Source of the DNA: the human T2T-CHM13v2.0 reference genome, Homo sapiens
Reading direction: 5' to 3' (one strand)
DNA length: 64,000 nt
Assembly: GCF_009914755.1 (NCBI RefSeq)
Contig: NC_060925.1
Part shown: positions 1 through 12,400 of the stretch, piece by piece
Numbering within the stretch: the stretch's first letter is position 1
How the letters are laid out: each line of letters begins with the position of its first letter
Notes under the pieces: generated by a model
The model's input: only the letters and a program-made list of their open reading frames with translations
Databases searched by the model: none
What the model was told of the DNA's origin: nothing
Program-made: the position numbers and the translations under genes

Positions 1-824
1 GAGAAGATATTACATGTTTAGAGTGAGCTAAGGAAGAATTATCATTTGGATAATTTCATAGAAATTCTTGCTTTTAGTTCTGCTTACTTTTTTAATATGT
101 AAGCATCTGAAAATAATTTATTTGCCTTATGTGCTTTTTGAGGCTATTAGTGTATTTTTACTAAATGAACAAATGTTATCTCTTGTTCGGCAAAAAATTG
201 TGTTATTTGACATTTATATAAAACGCTTTCTCAAGTGGATTTAAGACAACAGTGTCATGGCTGTTGTCTTTTGTTGCTGGATGAATCTCAGAGCCGACAC
301 AGCTGATAATGGTTGGTACCAGTCAAGGGAAGAGGTCAAGGGCTTATGATGTGTGCTCTGTTTTCACATTCCATGAGAATTACCACTTGTGCCAAAGTCT
401 TCTTTCTCTTATGCCCATATTAATTTATTTGAGGCTGTTAGAATCTTAATTTTGCAGAGTACTTTACGATTCAGCATTACTCTCTGGGACTGTTAAACTG
501 TGTTCCATTTTCTCAGCTTGACATTTTTTTTCCTCTTGTTTTGAACTTAAGCACTTCTGCAAGGAAAGAAAAACCATAGTGTACAATAAAATCTAAACTG
601 TTTACAACTCTAAATTTGGTGCAATTCATTTTATGTACATTTTGTTCCATATGACTTTAGTGTCCTTCCAGTCTTGGGTTCTTCTGCCTAAACTGTCAAA
701 GGAGCTGGCTTTCTTTGGGAGACAGAGCCTGCAGTGTCCTGGCATACCAGCTTTCGGATCAGTGTTCTCTGTGGGAGACAGTTTTTGGCCCTGACTCTTC
801 TTCCTGTGGCCCCTTAGTCTGGGT

Positions 825-1030
825 GGCAGCAGTGCAGTGGTTAAGAGGCTGGGCTCTGGAGCTGTACTCCCTGGGTTAAGCTGCACACTCTGCTACCTGC
901 TGACTACATGACCTTGAGCAGGTATATAGTCTGGCAATAATGGCAGAATAAAAGTATGATAGTGCCTTCATCATAGGGCTGTTGTGAGGATCCAGTGAGA
1001 CCGAAGGCATGTAGTGTTGTGCTTGCCATA
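825..1030 (+). mobile_element. MIR fragment
   Basis: gtgcagtggttaagag...ctctggagc...gaccttgagcagg...catagggctgttgtgaggat, MIR core-like. Confidence 0.65.
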
Positions 1031-1119
1031 CGTAGTAAGGGCCTCATACATGGATGTGGCCATACATATGACTTCTGCCCATTGCACTGACCCCAGGGTT
1101 TTGGCTTGGTAATCCGTAG

Positions 1120-1425
1120 ATGACATGGCCTTTGATGTGTCCTGGTTTGCGGTGCACTCTTTTGGCCTGGACAAGGCTCCTGTGCTCCTGTCTTCCCTGG
1201 ATCGGAAGGGCATCGTGACCACCTCCCGGAGGGACTGGAAGAGCGACCTCAGCCTGGAGCGCGTGAGTGTGCTGGAATTCTTGCTGCAAGTGCATGGCTC
1301 CGAGGACCAGGACTTTGGCAACTACTACTGTTCCGTGACTCCATGGGTGAAGTCACCAACAGGTTCCTGGCAGAAGGAGGCAGAGATCCACTCCAAGCCC
1401 GTTTTTATAACTGTGAAGATGGATG
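1120..1425 (+). CDS. PTGFRN: PTGFRN penultimate coding exon (C-terminal part of last Ig V-type domain)
   Basis: Acceptor ccgtAG (1118-1119), donor G|GTAAG at 1426; 306 nt, phase 1-1. Translates DDMAFDVSWFAVHSFGLDKAP...DQDFGNYYCSVTPWVK...ITVKMD, recognised as prostaglandin F2 receptor inhibitor; Ig motif DxGxYYC. Confidence 0.97.
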
Positions 1426-1853
1426 GTAAGAATGTCACCCAAATTTCTCAGTGTTTGGGAATGTCTTCTTGTGCCAGGCTGTAGCTGACAGAACCCAGGT
1501 GGCCACAGTTTGAGGAATGTGCCATAGCACGTCCTGCTTTCTTTCTAGACCTGGCCTGAGCCTGCACCCAGAAGGGCACCAGCAGCCCTTGCAGTTTCCC
1601 CAGCTTTGCTATTATGTGCTAGTGTCACCATTGATAAATAATTTTCAAGACTTACTAGAAAAATTTTCAAGGCTTTGCCTCTTCCATAAATTTATAGAAA
1701 CTCGCTTTATGGTGTCCGAGGGTTGGCATGGATTCTGCTAGGCACAGGCAGAGAGCAGCCTTGAGAGAGAGGGCTCAGGTCAATAGGGGAGGCTATAGCT
1801 TAGGGACCTGCTACTCTCACTACCACTGGTTTTGCTTCTTAAGAGAGACTCAT

Positions 1854-2161
1854 GGCTGGGCACAGTGGCTCACGCCTGTAACCCCAGCACTTTGGGAGGC
1901 CGAGGCGGGCGGATCATGAGGTCAGGAGTTCGAGACCTGCCTGGCCAACATAGTGAAACCCCGTCTCTACTAAAAATACAAAAAAGAAAAAAAAAATTAG
2001 CCAGGAGTGGTGGCGGGTGCCTGTAATCCCAGCTACTCGGAGGCTGAAGCAGGGGAATTGCTTGAACCCAGGAGGTGGAGGTTGCAGTGAGCCAAGATCG
2101 CACCATTGCACTCCAGCCCAGGCGACAATGGGATACTCCATCTCAAAAAAAAAAAAAAAAA
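1854..2161 (+). mobile_element. Alu (AluS)
   Basis: Dimeric GGCTGGGCACAGTGGCTCAC...A-tail, flanked by agactc repeats. Confidence 0.95.
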
Positions 2162-3239
2162 GACTCCTTCTGGAGTCAGTGGCACAGAGTGGGTACTTCA
2201 CGGAGCCCCAAGATGGGAGGATGAGCTCCCAGCCTCGTTGGCCCACGATGAACACCAGGGTCAACCTAACTAGACAGTCAGAGCTTTGTTCCTTGAGCAT
2301 CCCAGAGTGGGGACAGTTGTTCCTTGGTTTACAAAAAACATGTCTCCTTTGTGGAAAATTTCAGAAAGTACATGTTAGTCGAAATAACTCCATAAAGAGA
2401 ATTAAAGTCCAGGGGCCTCCGAGGATGAGTAGAAGCCTTTTGAGTGTTTCCCTAGTGATCAGTCAGATGGAAATTGGAGCCCTAGCTCTTCCACAGACTA
2501 CTTAGCCTTTCTGATCCATTTTCTCTCGTAAAATGGGATAATAGTCTTCTATGGGGCTATTTCGAAAATTAAACCTTAGCAAACGTAAAGCACCTAGCCC
2601 AGTGGCAGCGTCCACCCAAGGAGCATGGGGTACTTATGGGGAAAGGAAGGTGGGATTTCAAGGGTGGAGTCTAAATGGTGTTTGTGCATTTCTGACACTT
2701 AAATCATCTGTACCATATTTTGCATCTTAGGAATTCCTTGCTTGAAGTAACTCCGTATAAAAACCCAGATTTAACAAACAGGGGAGTGATTATTCACTTT
2801 GCTAGATAATTTAGTATAGTGTTACTTAAAATAGCTCCCTTAGTACACTTCAGTTATTTGATGCATAGGATTGATTTATGCATGGTTTTTTTAAGGATGC
2901 ATCTGCTGCTGAACGTGCGGTGCCCTTATACTGACTTTTAAAAATCAATCTTTTGCCAAAACCCTAAAAAGCAAGTTGACATTCAAAGGCATCGAGTGAA
3001 ATCTTCTTTGTGGTTTTTATTCTCCCCGCAGAGCTGGGTAGGAAGACATTTGCTCATTTTTGTGACAGATAAGGCTGAGCTTCTCCTGTCTCCAGTGGTG
3101 TGCTAGGTGCTAGATGCAGGAGGAATGAGACCTTATCTCTCGGGAGATCCTGCTCCAGTGGGGAAGGGAGGCGAGGGTGCCCCCAAAGCGGCCTCCCTCG
3201 CAGCACTGACTGGCTTCCCCTTTGATCTCTCCCTCCCAG

Positions 3240-3406
3240 TGCTGAACGCCTTCAAGTATCCCTTGCTGATCGGCATCGGTCTGTCCACGGTCATCGGGCT
3301 CCTGTCCTGTCTCATCGGGTACTGCAGCTCCCACTGGTGTTGTAAGAAGGAGGTTCAGGAGACACGGCGCGAGCGCCGCAGGCTCATGTCGATGGAGATG
3401 GACTAG
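3240..3406 (+). CDS. PTGFRN: PTGFRN last coding exon: TM helix, Cys-rich juxtamembrane segment, basic tail
   Basis: Branch-like CACTGAC 3204-3210, polypyrimidine tract, cAG 3238-3239. Translates VLNAFKYPLLIGIGLSTVIGLLSCLIGYCSSHWCCKKEVQETRRERRRLMSMEMD*, stop TAG 3404-3406. Confidence 0.97.
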
Positions 3407-5019
3407 GCTGGCCCGGGAGGGGAGTGACAGAGGGACGTTCTAGGAGCAATTGGGGCAAGAAGAGGACAGTGATATTTTAAAACAAAGTGTGTTACACTAA
3501 AAACCAGTCCTCTCTAATCTCAGGTGGGACTTGGCGCTCTCTCTTTTCTGCATGTCAAGTTCTGAGCGCGGACATGTTTACCAGCACACGGCTCTTCTTC
3601 CCACGGCACTTTCTGATGTAACAATCGAGTGTGTGTTTTCCCAACTGCAGCTTTTTAATGGTTAACCTTCATCTAATTTTTTTTCTCCCACTGGTTTATA
3701 GATCCTCTGACTTGTGTGTGTTTATAGCTTTTGTTTCGCGGGGTTGTGGTGAGGAAGGGGTGATGGCATGCGGAGTTCTTTATCTTCAGTGAGAATGTGC
3801 CTGCCCGCCTGAGAGCCAGCTTCCGCGTTGGAGGCACGTGTTCAGAGAGCTGCTGAGCGCCACCCTCTACCCGGCTGACAGACAACACAGACCTGTGCCG
3901 AAGGCTAATTTGTGGCTTTTACGACCCTACCCCACCCCCTGTTTTCAGGGGTTTAGACTACATTTGAAATCCAAACTTGGAGTATATAACTTCTTATTGA
4001 GCCCAACTGCTTTTTTTTTTTTTTTTTGCTTCTCTGCCCCTTTTCCATTTCTTTTGTATTTGTTTTCTGTGAGAGCACTGAAATGGCGGCCCTGGAATCT
4101 ACAATTTGGCTCTCCACTGAGCACCTTATCTTGCCACCTTAGCCTTAAGAATGAATATGAAGAAAAATACACAGCCACCTCTGTCCAGGGCAGTAAGAAG
4201 GGCTGCAAGGAAGGGGAGGATGGGGACAAGGAAAGGATCAGATACCTGCTCCAGTAGTTGTGAGGCCACTGTGTCTCAGGGGACTCCAGGAAGAGCAGAA
4301 GAGGGATCCCACGAAGTTATTTTTATGCAGCTGGGGCCAGGAGGGTCAGAGTGGTGCCAGGTGCAAGTTAGGCTAAAGAAGCCACCACTATTCCTCTCTC
4401 TTGCCCATTGTGGGGGGCAAAGGCATTGGTCACCAAGAGTCTTGCAGGGGGACCCACAGATATGCCATGTCCTTCACACGTGCTTGGGCTCCTTAACCTG
4501 AAGGCAAATTGCTACTTGCAAGACTGACTGACTTCAAGGAATCAGAAATTACCTAGAAGCACCATGTTTTTTCTATGACCTTTTCAGTCCTTCAGGTCAT
4601 TTTAAGGTCCACTGCAGGGGGTTAGTGAGAAAGGGTATACTTTGTGGTATGTTTTGCTTTCCTAATAGGGACATGAAGGAAACCCAGCAATTTGCTGTTA
4701 TGTGAATGGCCTGTAGAGCAGAGTCAAGAGCGGTGTGCTTTGCCCGACTGCTCCCATCAGGAATAGGAGAGTAGACAGAGATCTTCCACATCCCAGGCTT
4801 CTGCTGCTGCTTTAAAAGCTCTGTCCTTGGAGCCTCCCGCTCCCTGAAGTGTCTCGCCCCCTGCACAGCACTGGCCTTTCGGAAGCATCCCAGTAGGGTT
4901 TTCTGAGGCTCGCTGGTGACTCATGCCCTAATTGCAATCCTCTGCTTTTATCTTGACTTTGAAGGATCTAACACTGCTCTCTCTTCCAAAGGGGAAAAAA
5001 AGATTCATTTGTTTTGAGC

Positions 5020-5025
5020 AATAAA
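5020..5025 (+). terminator. Candidate proximal poly(A) signal AATAAA in PTGFRN 3' UTR
   Basis: Canonical hexamer with upstream tttgtttt; usage not shown by sequence. Confidence 0.4.
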
Positions 5026-6768
5026 CTAATACAAAATGATGGCCATTCATGTGCAGCTCTTTGTCACCATGGGCCGGATGAGTTGTGCTCCTCCTGGCTC
5101 ACCATTTCCCCCTGCTCCCCCACAGCCGGTTCTGCACTTATCACCGAGTCGCCCCTGGAAGCAGATTCCCATTGAGTTTTCCCCACCAAGGGGACCATGC
5201 ACATGGTAGAAACATTAGATTCTGCATTGACAGTAGCCTTTCCTTGGCCCGGGCCTGTGGTGGGAAGACGGGCAACAAGTATACCCCACCAGGGCCTGAG
5301 TGACTAGAGGAAGAGGACGAGGCCTTGTTGGCACTAGATTTGGGTATTTTCTGCATGTCATAACATATCCTAACTGCTATTTCAGAAGAGGCAGCTTGTA
5401 GGTGATTGTACAAGTGAGAATTAAAGAGAGAACAAATATTTAAACAGGTGCTGTATTAGTAACAGCCAGTGCCCTTTCAGCCCTTGCATCTATTAAAAGG
5501 AGATTCAGGATTTTATTGGCACAGGCCCTTCTTAGTAGGAAGAAAGGGTGCTTAGCTTTGGACCTGACCGGGTGTGTGTAAAACCATGGACTGAGTCACA
5601 GCAGACACTCGATGGTGGTAAATGTGACGGGTGCTTACACACTGTACCTTTTCCTTTCATACTGATGCTGCAGTTCAGGGCTGGAGTTGTTAAGGCATTG
5701 ACCTCCACCCACCTGCCCCATGTCCGCTGGGCTGCCCAAGCTGCATGTCACCTGAGGGCTGGCAGGAAGGGGCGAGAAATCCCAGGGCATTGTACCAAGG
5801 ACCTAGTTCCTTCTAGGGATATAAATTTCCAGGAATGTGTATTTTTAATGTGGTGAGATGCACTCTTTTGTTGTACCAAATAGGGCTCCCCACCCCACCC
5901 CTGCGACAAGTGCTCTTCTAGAACAGGTTCCTACCAGCAGCACTGGTGTGAATGAAAGAGAGACCCAGCCGCGTCTCACACAGGTGGAATTGCACTTCTT
6001 AACAAAAAGGAACTTTATAAAAGTTTGGGATTTTTTTTCCTAATCATAAAAATAGCCCCAGAAAGAGCCTAAGCTATGTTCAGATAGAAGCCTCGAAATT
6101 CCTGTAAATTGTTTACTTTATGATGTTTACATACACGTTTCACTTTGAAAAAAAATGCAAATCGACTTTTTAACAACTGTTGAGATTTTTCATGGGACAG
6201 TAGAACTCTGACTCACCAACTGGGCTAAATTTTAATTTAAAAATGTATTTATTTGAGTGTCTTTCCCCCCCTCACCCTCACCATCTGAGGGGCTCCCTGA
6301 GATCTTGGTAGAGGAGGCCCCTCCTGCCCAGACGTTCGTTTGTTTCCCCGGTGGCCCTTGCTTCTTGCTTTGCAGACTGCCTGCAGCCATGATTTTGTCA
6401 CTGACATCTGTGAGCCAAAGACTGAGCCTTTTTGGCAGGAATAATAAGCAATACTACACAACTTGCTACTTTCAGAAAACTTTTTTTTAGCTTCACCGAT
6501 GACAACAGAGGAAGAAGGGAACTGGGATTTGGGTAAGTTCTCCTCCACTGTTTGACCAAATTCTCAGTGATAAATATGTGTGCAGATCCCTAGAAGAGAA
6601 AACGTTGACTTTCTTTTTAAGTGTGGCACATAAGGATCTGCAGAATTTTCCGTAGACAAAGAAAGGATCTTGTGTATTTTTGTCCATATCCAATGTTATA
6701 TGAACTAATTGTATTGTTTTATACTGTGACCACAAATATTATGCAATGCACCATTTGTTTTTTATTTC

Positions 6769-6774
6769 ATTAAA
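6769..6774 (+). terminator. PTGFRN distal poly(A) signal ATTAAA
   Basis: tttttatttcATTAAAggaagt with upstream U-rich and downstream gttgtgtg elements. Confidence 0.75.
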
Positions 6775-8182
6775 GGAAGTTTAATTTAAATTGAAGTTGT
6801 GTGAGGAGCTTGATATTGGCCTCTGTTATCCTTTCATATCTTCAGCGTGAGGGATTGTGACTGGATTCCAGCAGCAACTTTAGCACCTTCTGATCTCTTT
6901 GAATCCTGTAAAAGCATTGCAGATTTTCACTAATGATAAGAGAAGAAATGGATTTGATGGGATCAATGTTGAAGTTCCCACCGGGTGGAAAGGTGAGGGC
7001 TAGGATCCTATTGTTTACAGAAGGCCTCCTGCTCTTTCAGGGAATTCCCATGACCTTACAGGACTCCTCTCAGGAAAGAGAGAAGTTAGATATTGTTCCT
7101 CTCTGCAGTTGAGGAAACACCAAAGTTCTGTGACCATATCGTGACTGGAACGGAGTGGTTTTTCTGACTCATGATGCAGTCTGGGGCCAAATCAGTCCAG
7201 AAGGTAGCAGCCCCTGTAATAGAAAAACAATCGTCTTCCCTAGGCCGCTGGCGTCAGCAGGCCTGGGCAGGAGTGAATACCGAGAACCCAACTCCCTGCG
7301 GGCCCCTGGAACAGCTGCTTGCCCTTGGCTGGCCTCCGCCATTCACTCTCCTCTTGGCCTCGTTTGCATTCTCTGTCTTTTGTGTCCTTTCCAGGGACCA
7401 ACTTCATGTTGTGGAGTTATTCAAGGGCTGGGTCCGTGTCCCAGTCACTAACATTACCCAATGACTGGCACTCTTCCAGGCATGTAGAAGGCACTTGCAC
7501 TTTGTAAATGCACAGTTAATGCTCTGCTCTAGGAAATGAGCCATCATTGCATGCTTCTTAGCGAACCGGGAGGGTTCCACTCATGTCACAACGGTAACAC
7601 GGTCAGAGCTGGTCATTAGCAATCCTCCACCTATTTCTGAACCCATTCCTGCCTAAAATTTAAGTTATAAATTTATATTAATAACATTAAACTAAATTAA
7701 AAACAAAACAGGAACTTACTTGCATACTTATTGTGTGCCCAGGCATTGTGCTAAGCACAATTGCTGCTGAGTTGTCTGTAGGCCTTGGCACATAGTATCT
7801 GCTTGCCTAGAAACTTATTTCTATCCAGCCTTCCTTCCTCCTAACTTGTACTTCTCTTTCAGGACCCAGGGGTCATCTTCTCCTTCTCTAGGCAAAGTGA
7901 AGGTCCCTTGACAGATGGTCTGATAGTCTGAAAATGATGGGAGGATAGGAACCATTCATTGCTGTGGCTTCAGTACCAAATTGTGAATTGGACTCTTACA
8001 ATGTGCCATGCACTAAGACAAGTACCTCATAGATGTGATTGCAATCTTAAGTGACCCAAAGGGATTTACAGCAGAAGCACTCTTGCCTGTTCTTCACAAA
8101 ACTGGATCATTCAAAAAATACCACTCACTTCCTCTAACCCACAGACCAGTGTGTATGACACACTTTTAAAATGAAAGTTTTA

Positions 8183-8700
8183 GTATTATTTAGGTTTGGC
8201 AGGGCCAACAGATCAGGAGACAATTGCCGTAGAAAAGATGGTTTGTTATATTCATAGAACCCAAGAGGAGGGACGTACCCCACCATGGGAGGCTGCGCAG
8301 GGAAGCACCAGGGTCAAGGCACAGGGGAAACATGGGCACGGGGCTTTATTGTGGTTTTTGCAGGAAGGAATAGGTGAGGCAGAGTAGGCAGGCTTAGGAT
8401 TGGCTAGGTTGAATAATTTCAGCAAGCTCTAGGGCATAGGGGTTGTCCCTAGTTGTCTGGTACCTAATCCTGGGTGATTTGGGAAAGGGAGTAGTGGTCC
8501 TTAGTGCAAGAATTCAGTGGAGGAGGTTGTGCAGTGTAGGCTCTGGATTGGTTGGTTTGCATACGAAAGGCTTCTCTCAGGAGAGTCCTTAACTAGCTCT
8601 AGGAATTGGTTAGCCCTGGCAGGGGCAGTCTCTCCAGGATTAGCAAGACCCAGATGTTAAAGCATCAATAAACAGAAAATAAAAAGGGGTGATTAATGCA
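8183..8700 (-). mobile_element. ERVL-type LTR (MER54/MER74/MER76-like)
   Basis: Minus strand starts tgcattaatcacccc...gatgctttaacatctggg...ggagagactgcccct...ccaattcctagag, resembling this LTR group. Confidence 0.6.
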
Positions 8701-8919
8701 TACACTCATTGCTTAGGGCTTGTAGACTACTGAGTCTTGTAAACACCTGGGTGGCTCAGCTCCACCCAGAGAGGTGATGCTCACCTGAGTCCACCCTGTT
8801 CTGTGCATTCTCCAACCTACTTGTGCCAACAGTACTGGTTACTATGATTATAATAAGTTTGTTGAATAGTATGTAAACCAATGAAATATGAATGCCAAAG
8901 GGGTGTTCAAAAGTGCTGT

Positions 8920-10470
8920 TGGTAAAACTGGATGTCCACATACAAAAGAATGAAGCTGGACCCTTACCTCACACCATCTACAGAAATTAACTCAAAATGA
9001 ATTAAAGACCTAAACATAAGACTTAAACCTATAAACTCCTAGAAGAGAACATAGGAGGAAAGCTGTAATACTTTGGATTTGGCAATAATATGTTGGGTGT
9101 GACACCAAAAGCTCAAGCAACAAAATAAAAAAAAAAAATAGACAAATGGGACTACACAAACTTAATTTCTGCATGTCAAAGGAGAAAAACTAACAGAGTG
9201 AAAAGACAACCTTCAAAATGGAAGAAAATATTTAAAAATCATGTATCTGATAAGGGGCTAGTATCCAGAATATATAAGTAACTTAGTTGTACAATAAAAA
9301 GTAACCTGATTTTAAAATGGGCAAAGCATAAAAAGGAATGAAATAATGGCATTTGCAGCAACCTGGATGGAATTGGAGACCATTATTCTGAGTGAAGTGA
9401 CTCAGGAATGGAAAACCAAACATCGTATGTTCTCACTCATAAGTGGGAGCTAAGCTACCAGGACACAAAGGCACAAGAAGGATACAATGGACTTTGGGGA
9501 CTCTGGGGAAAGGGTAGGAGTGGGGTGAGGGATAAAAGACTGCACATTGGGTACAGTGTCCACTGCTAAGGTGATGGGTGCACCAAAATCTCAGAAATCA
9601 CCACTAGAGAACTATTCATGTAACCAAACACCACGTGTTTCCCACAAACCTGTAAAAATTTAAAACAAAATGGGCAAAGGACTTGAATAAACAACTCTCC
9701 AAAGAAGATATACAAATGGAAAGCAAACATGAAAAGATGGTCAGCATCGCTAATCGTAGGCGAAGCACTGATCAAAACCACAATGAGATATCAATTGACG
9801 TGCATTAGGGTAACCACTATCAAAAGAATAGGAAATAACAAGTGTTACTGAGAATGTGGAGAAATTAGAACTCTTGTACTCTGTTGGTGATGTAAGATGG
9901 TGCCGCTGCAAAGGAGAACAGCATGGAGTTTCCTCAAAAAACTAAATAGAATTACCAAATGATCCAGCAGTTCCACTTCTGGGTATATATCCAAAAGAAT
10001 TCAAAGCAGTATCTCAAAGAGGTATCTGCATACCCATATTCATCACAACAGTATTCTCAGTAGCCAAACGGTAGAGGTAACCGACCTTTTGTTGATGGCA
10101 ACAGATGAATAGATAAAGAAAATGTGGTATGTACTTACAATGGAATATCATGCAGCCTTTAACAAGGAAATCCTGTCATACATTACAGTGTGGATGAACC
10201 TTGAGGACATAAGTGAAATAAGCCAGTCACAAGGACAAATATGTATGATTCCACTCATATAAAGTATCACAGAAGGTAGAAAAGTAAGGTTGCCAAGAGC
10301 TGGGGGGGAGGGGAAATTAGTGTATACTGGGTATAGAGTTGCAAGATGAAAAAGTTACGGAGATCTATTGCCCAACAATGTGAATATACTTTCTAAACTG
10401 TACATTTAAAATGGTTAAGATGGTAAGTTTAATGTTATGCTTTTTACCACAATTTTAAAAAGTAAGATGT
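8920..10470 (+). mobile_element. Old L1 (L1M-type) 3' fragment with nested younger L1
   Basis: L1 ORF2-end/3' UTR motifs: ccttacctcacacca, aatgggcaaagg, ccacttctgggtatat, ggatgaaccttgaggaca. Confidence 0.85.
9327..9666 (+). mobile_element. 5'-truncated L1PB-like 3' end nested in the older L1
   Basis: gcagcaacctggatggaattggagaccattattct...; 13-bp TSD aaaatgggcaaag at 9314-9326 and 9667-9679. Confidence 0.85.
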
Positions 10471-10489
10471 ATCAATAAAAACATGAATT

Positions 10490-10932
10490 CTCTGGAAAAA
10501 ACTCATAAAAGCAAATTGCTTTTTAAAAAAATGCTATCAATTTAGGTATGGGCAAAATAACTGTAAAAGATTGAGCGGGGTGGGGAGGATAACAGAAACA
10601 TGGGAGGACTCTACACTCCGTTGGCTTCACAAATGCTTAAGTTCTTACTCCATTTCAAAAAAATCAAACCTGAAATTTGTAGAGTAGACATTATAGGTTT
10701 GGTTTATGCAAGAAAGTGGCAAGAGACTCCAGGCAGCAGACCCATATTCAACAGGAAGGCTCGGGCCTGTGTCAAGAGATTGGTGAATGAATGTGCATGT
10801 ATATGTTGAGGTAGAAATAAAATGTCTAAGATCCATGGAAGTCTTTTTATGATTCCCACGTTTACCTGACATGTTCTCTTAATTGATCAACTAACAGCCC
10901 AAATTGTGTCAGATAAGAAAGTTTCTACTGTT
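10490..10932 (+). mobile_element. Tigger-like (TcMar) DNA transposon remnant
   Basis: Decayed CENP-B/HTH-like coding (tggtttatgcaagaaag, W-F-M-Q-E) and TIR-like end gataagaaagtttctactg. Confidence 0.5.
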
Positions 10933-11049
10933 ATTGTTACCATTTTTATAAATGAGGAAATTGAGACATAAGGCAAGTGATTTGCTCAAGATTTGAACCC
11001 AAATCTTTCTGACTCCACAGTCTATGCACGTTCTAAATCATTACACCAG

Positions 11050-12400
11050 TCTCAGTGCCTGAATATGCCAGGCATTTGTTAAGTATTTGTTGCATACATA
11101 GAAAGATGAGTAAGAACTAGCCCCTTCTTTTAGGAAATTCATGGTCTTACAAGATAGGGAAGTGTATAAATAATTCATTTTGTTACTATATAATAAGTAA
11201 ACTTACAGAAATTCACTGACATAGTATAAACCTTTCTTTGGATTTCTATCCAAAATGTTAAGAAAGTTTTCACATAGGAGATGCAAACCCCAATTTTAAA
11301 ATTTTTACATGAATGGGCATTTACCAGGTAGTAATGGGACAAGATTCTAAGCAAAGGGGATAGCATTTGCAAAAGAAAGAAACAACGGTAAGGTACATTC
11401 AGAGAAATATAAGTGATTCTGTATTCCTGAAGGTTGAAAGTTAAAGGATAGGGTGGTGAGAGTGTTCCCCAGGGTCAGCTCACAGAGATCACGTCAAGAA
11501 GTTTGGACCTGATCCTCTAGAAATGTTTTGGAGCCACTGAAAGAAAAATTTGGAAAGTTAATGGCTGTGTTTGTATTTTAGATCACTCTGTCAGCCGAGT
11601 AGCAGGGAGAGACAAAGCTGGAAGACCAAAGGGGCTGCATTAGTCCAGATGAAAACTCAAAGCTCTCAGTTGTGATGGCAACGGGTAGAATTAATTCATA
11701 AAAGATTTTAAGGAGAACTGATAGGATTTCATAAGTGGATGTGAAGCATGGAGGCCAGCCATGGGTCTGGGTTGATACTGGTGCATTCAACCATAATGGA
11801 CAATACCAGTGAAAACAGAAAACAATGATTTCAGCTTTAGACTCGAGTTTGAGTTTCCTGAGGAACCTTCAAGTGGAGATACTCAACACCAGCTAGATGG
11901 TCTGGAGCTTAAGGGAGAACTTGGGGTTGGAGATCTATTTGAGATTGTCAATATAGAGATGGGGAATGAGATGCAGCGGGGTGAGAAAAGAAGGGCTGAA
12001 GACAGAACCTTGGAGAAGATAATAATTTCAAGTGGCCTGGAGAAGAGAAACCAGTGAGAAGCAGACTGAGAAAGAACTTCCAAAGGGGTAAGGGAAAATC
12101 CTGGAGAGAGTGGTGTCGGAGGAGGAAGGAAAGAATTGCAAGCAAGTTTGCCAATGGCCAGCCACACCTGATGCCACAGAAAGACCAGGTCAAGTGAGCA
12201 GTGTTCACTTTTGTGGCCCAGGAAGTCTGTGTGGACCCATGCCCAGATTTCAGTGGGCCAAAGTGGCAGTGAGAATTAGGAAATCAAACAGAACGCAGAA
12301 CACCAGGAAACTGTCAGAAGTTTGAAGATGGGAGAGAAAAGGAGGTGATTTGGAACTAGAGTAAAAATTGGCTATTTAGTAGGATAGGAGACACTTGAGC
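11050..12400 (-). mobile_element. L2 fragments
   Basis: Purine-rich decayed L2 motifs (gagtttgagtt..., ggagccactgaa, tggagatctattt). Confidence 0.5.

Larger units (their letters stand above)
3407..6790 (+). other. PTGFRN: PTGFRN 3' UTR (~3.4 kb)
   Basis: No interspersed repeats recognised after the stop. Ends in a U-rich tract, ATTAAA 6769-6774 and downstream GT-rich sequence; end position approximate. Confidence 0.8.

Noticed and set aside
1832-2505. Overlapping 64-162 aa ORFs here and similar ones at 15523, 23726, 39879-41896, 44290 and 60075
   Set aside because: Typical Alu-derived translations.
3107-3239. In-frame upstream extension of the PTGFRN last exon (alternative cAG at 3201-3203, +12 aa)
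   Set aside because: That AG lies upstream of the apparent branch point CACTGAC (3204-3210); the 3240 acceptor has the proper tract.
3838-5856. Several 70-139 aa ORFs in the PTGFRN 3' UTR
   Set aside because: No recognisable homology, some with non-ATG starts or crossing a poly-T run; expected by chance.
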